From the NCBI GenBank assembly GCA_012517905.1, contig JAAYUE010000024.1, forward strand, positions 7,186 through 71,185: a stretch of 64,000 nt of DNA, given 5' to 3'. The DNA comes from Clostridiales bacterium (lineage in GTDB: Bacteria > Bacillota > Clostridia > Christensenellales > CAG-138). Position numbers and translations under genes: made by a program. The notes under the pieces are model-generated. The model made no database searches. It worked only from the letters and a program-made list of their open reading frames with translations, and was not told where the DNA came from. This document shows positions 58,752 through 64,000 of this stretch, piece after piece (the stretch's first letter is position 1; every line of letters begins with the position of its first letter).

Positions 58752-59711
58752 ATGGTTTTTACACGGAAAAATAGTTGTGCAGACGCGCGCGGCGGGTCAT
58801 ACGACGCCGAGCGGGAGGCGGTTCGCTCCGGCTGGCGGTTGTTTGTGTTACGCCTGCCCGGGCAATTGCGCGCGTTTTATCTGCGCGGCGGCCTTGCGCT
58901 GCTCGTGCTGACCACGGCGGGCATCTTCCTCGCGGCGGCGTATGCCGAGCCGGCGCTGCTCGGCAGCGTCCGCGGCGGGTATCGGGCGGACGTGATTCTC
59001 TTTTTCGGCGGAATCGGCGCGGTCGTTCTCGCGGGGCTGGTGTTTGCCTATCTGCTGCCGCGCGCGGTCACCGCGGCATATGAGGATTACGCGCTTTCCT
59101 GCTTCGGCCCGCCGCGGCGCGGCGTGGTTGCGGGCGAAGCGGCGACGCGCGCATTTTTGCGGCTCAAGGGGGTTTACTGGTGGGTCCTGCTCGTGCGCCT
59201 CTGCATGGGCGCCTTGCTCGCGCTGGGCGCATGGGCGGCCTCGCGCTGGATGGCCGGCCGTTTTTCGGCGCAGAGCTGGGGCATTCCCGCCGTCTGGTCG
59301 CTCGCCGTCGTGCTGTTCTGGCAGAGCCGACATTCGACCGCGCTGGCGCTGGCGGCCGCCGCGCGCGAGCGTGTTTCGGGCGTCCTGGCGCTGCGCCGCG
59401 GGCTGCGGCTGCATCGCCGCGTACGCGGCGTTTCGTCGCTGGTCGGGCTGATCACGCTGTTTGCGCTCATGCTGCTTTCCGCCGGCGTTCTGGCGCTCTC
59501 CATGCGTCTGGCGAATGGGCATACGTTGGTATGGTGCTCCATTGCGGCATTTTTAACGGCGCTGCTGGTTCCGCCGCTGAGGCTGCTGCTTGCGGCCTTC
59601 GACACGGCGGTGTATGCCGCGGCATCCTGCGGCTGCCCCGGGGTATCGCGCTGGTATTACAGCGCGCGGGGCGTTCGAAACACAAGCGAAAAACGAAAGG
59701 GACAAACGGGT
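58752..59711 (+). CDS. Putative multi-pass membrane segment, in frame with pepF and lacking its own stop
   Basis: About six hydrophobic stretches with Arg-rich loops; start uncertain. Confidence 0.45.
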
Positions 59712-61487
59712 ATGAAAACAAGAGATCAGATCGACGCTTCTCTGAAATGGAACCTCAACGACATCTACGCTTCCGAAGATCTCTGGGAGGCGGACTACGC
59801 TGCCGCGCAGGCGCTCGTGCGCGCTTTTCCGGAACATGCGGGCAAGCTTTCCACTGGCGCGGACTCGCTCTACGCCGCGCTCTGCGACGAGAGCCGCATC
59901 GAGCAGCTCATCGATCATGTCTACTCCTATGCGCATCTGCATAAGGACGAGGACAACGGCAGCGCGCACTATCAGGGCATGACCGACCGCGCCATCCAGC
60001 TCTACGTTTCCGCGCAGGCGGCCGGATCGTTTCTCGAGCCGGAGATGCTGACCATCCCCGAAGAGACGCTGCTCGGCTGGGCCACCGGGGAGCGGTTTGC
60101 CCGCTTCCGTTTCCGCATTGCGGATGTGGACCGCCGCCGCGCGCATACGCTCTCCACCGAGGAGGAGCGCCTGCTCGCCATGGCGGAGGAGCCGCTCGCC
60201 GGCGCGGACAATATCTTCACGATGCTCACGGATGTGGACCTTGACTACGGTACGGTGACCGACGAGACCGGCAAGGAAGTCAAGCTCACGCACGGCAGCT
60301 ATAATATGTTTCTCGTCAACCCGGACCGCCGCGTGAGAAAAGACGCTTACGAGACGTTTTACAAAGCCTATTTCGGCGTGAAAAACACCCTCAACGCGAC
60401 CTATTCCACCTCCGTCAAGTCGGACGTGTTCCGCGCGCGGACGCACCGCTTCGACGGCGCGCTCGAGGCCGCGCTGTATCTCAACGGCGTGCCGGTCGCG
60501 GTGTACGAGCAGCTCATCGAGGCCGTGCACGAAATGCTGCCGGTGCTCAAAAAATATCTTGGCATCCGTAAACGCGTGCTCGGCGTGGAGCGGCTTGAGA
60601 TGTACGATCTCTATGTGCCCATCACGGAAGGCGGCGACATCGACATGCCTTACGAGGACGCAAAGGCGCTGGTCAAAACGGCGCTCAAGCCCCTCGGCGA
60701 GGAATACGGCAAGCTGCTGGACGAGGCGTATACGCAGGGGTGGATCGACGTCTACGAAACGCCGGGCAAGACCAGCGGCGCGTTCTGCGCCGGCATCTAC
60801 GGCACGCACCCATATGTGCTGCTCAACTATCAGGGCAAGATGGACGATGCGTTTACGCTCGGCCACGAGCTCGGCCACGCGATGCACTCGCACTACTCCG
60901 ATACCGCGCAGCCGTTTGAAACCTCGCATTACCGCATTCTCGCGGCGGAGGTTGCGTCTACGGTGAACGAGACGCTGATGACGCACTACCTGCTGGCAAA
61001 CGAACAAGACCGCACGAAGCGCGCGTATTACATCACGCAGTTTCTGGAGTCGTTCCGCACAACATGCTTCCGGCAGACGATGTTCGCTGAGTTTGAGCTC
61101 AAGGCACACCGCATGGCGCAGAGCGGCGAACCGCTCACGGTGGAGAGCCTCTCGGCCATGTACCGCGCGCTCAACGAGCTGTATTACGACGGCGCGCATG
61201 TGGACGACAACATCGCGCTCGAATGGATGCGCGTCCCGCATTTCTACAACGCTTTCTACGTCTACCAGTACGCCACGGGCCTCTGCTCCGCGGTGAAGCT
61301 TGCGGACGATATCCTGCACGGCGGCGCGGTGGAGCGCTATACGGACTTCCTCAAGAGCGGCGGCAGCGATTATCCGATCGAAGAGCTCAAGGCGGCGGGC
61401 GTGGACCTCACGAAAAAAGAGAGCATCCTCGCCTCGCTCGAGGTGTTCCGGCAGTATGTCGACGAGCTGGACGAGCTGCTGAAATAA
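59712..61487 (+). CDS. pepF: Oligoendopeptidase F (M3B)
   Basis: RBS AAAGGGA; KWNLNDIY, WIDVYE, GKTSGAF, HPYVLLNY, HELGHAMH, AEVAS, RQTMFAEFE, HFY. Confidence 0.96.
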   Translation: MKTRDQIDASLKWNLNDIYASEDLWEADYAAAQALVRAFPEHAGKLSTGADSLYAALCDESRIEQLIDHVYSYAHLHKDEDNGSAHYQGMTDRAIQLYVSAQAAGSFLEPEMLTIPEETLLGWATGERFARFRFRIADVDRRRAHTLSTEEERLLAMAEEPLAGADNIFTMLTDVDLDYGTVTDETGKEVKLTHGSYNMFLVNPDRRVRKDAYETFYKAYFGVKNTLNATYSTSVKSDVFRARTHRFDGALEAALYLNGVPVAVYEQLIEAVHEMLPVLKKYLGIRKRVLGVERLEMYDLYVPITEGGDIDMPYEDAKALVKTALKPLGEEYGKLLDEAYTQGWIDVYETPGKTSGAFCAGIYGTHPYVLLNYQGKMDDAFTLGHELGHAMHSHYSDTAQPFETSHYRILAAEVASTVNETLMTHYLLANEQDRTKRAYYITQFLESFRTTCFRQTMFAEFELKAHRMAQSGEPLTVESLSAMYRALNELYYDGAHVDDNIALEWMRVPHFYNAFYVYQYATGLCSAVKLADDILHGGAVERYTDFLKSGGSDYPIEELKAAGVDLTKKESILASLEVFRQYVDELDELLK

Positions 61488-61549
61488 AGATGAGATAAAG
61501 TGGATGAAATAAAAACCGACCAAACATCAAGTAAAAGGAGCGTCTTTTT

Positions 61550-61876
61550 ATGGAGACCAAAGAGTACAGCGAAGCAGAAGCAAAGGCGTATATTTTAGGC
61601 TGCTTCCGCGAGCAGGGCGACTTTGCCGAGGTGGCGGACGACGCGCAGCTGGAGAAGATGGTAAGCGCGGTGATGGCGCACGACGCCGCGTTTATGAAGC
61701 AGACGGGCGCGGACGAGGGCGAGGTGTACGACGACGACGCGGCCTACGATTACATGTACGAGAAGATGACCGCGCAGTTTCCGGACTTCAAAACCTACAT
61801 GCTCCGCCTCGTCGAGGACTACATGGACTACAGCGAGCGCTATCTCGACAGCCTTGGTCTGATCGACTGGGAGTAA
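61550..61876 (+). CDS. Acidic hypothetical protein
   Basis: RBS AAGGAG; host codon usage; ends GLIDWE. Confidence 0.82.
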   Translation: METKEYSEAEAKAYILGCFREQGDFAEVADDAQLEKMVSAVMAHDAAFMKQTGADEGEVYDDDAAYDYMYEKMTAQFPDFKTYMLRLVEDYMDYSERYLDSLGLIDWE

Positions 61877-62169
61877 GAAAAATATGTAAAACCGACGAAA
61901 AAACGCCGCAAAGCAGCGGCGTTTTTTCGATTTGAGATTGAGATTGCCGCGCCGGTCATGGTAAAATATGCCTGATCGACCGGCGGGATGCCGACTCTTT
62001 TTTTACGGAGGCGGCCGCCGTGCCGCAAAAATGATTTCCAAACTGAACGATTGCGCAGAACACGGATAAAAATTAATATCGATAAATCAAGATCGATTGT
62101 TCCATTTTGGAGATAAACGCAGTATAATAGGCAAGTCTATTCTTGTGTTGGAATCGGAAAGGAGACCCT

Positions 62170-64000
<1,831 letters not shown>

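Noticed and set aside
14192-61523. Long antisense ORFs (e.g. 14192-15577, 17305-19170, 28834-31296, 35152-37698, 43347-44861, 59553-61523)
   Set aside because: Shadows of high-GC3 genes on the opposite strand; no motifs or RBS

Overview
High-GC Firmicute (Clostridia-like anaerobe) chromosomal window with about 55 protein genes; no rRNA, tRNA or CRISPR seen. Housekeeping genes include argS (partial), serS, pgm/pmm, nadD-yqeK, rsfS, metA, rsmF, dinB, pepF and nfnAB (nfnB partial). There is also a BMP-type nucleoside ABC operon with two nucleoside hydrolases, a MacB-type exporter, a phd/doc TA pair, a dfx-Crp-trxA redox cluster, several surface proteins and two lower-GC accessory patches (about 2.2-3.9 kb and 8.8-14.3 kb). 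Most notable: (1) a complete T-box riboswitch with a Tyr (UAC) specifier upstream of a tryptophanase-family lyase carrying tyrosine-phenol-lyase specificity residues, suggesting starvation-induced Tyr synthesis from phenol; (2) a cytoplasmic ParB/Srx-BMP fusion paired with a metallophosphoesterase, a candidate nucleotide-signalling module; (3) an in-frame TGA in serS; (4) a 43-bp promoter signature shared by htrA and a beta-helix lipoprotein; (5) a decayed IS200 tnpA; (6) a 44-bp tandem hairpin with a compensatory change; (7) a tmRNA-5'-like fragment. Family assignments come from recognised motifs, not database searches.
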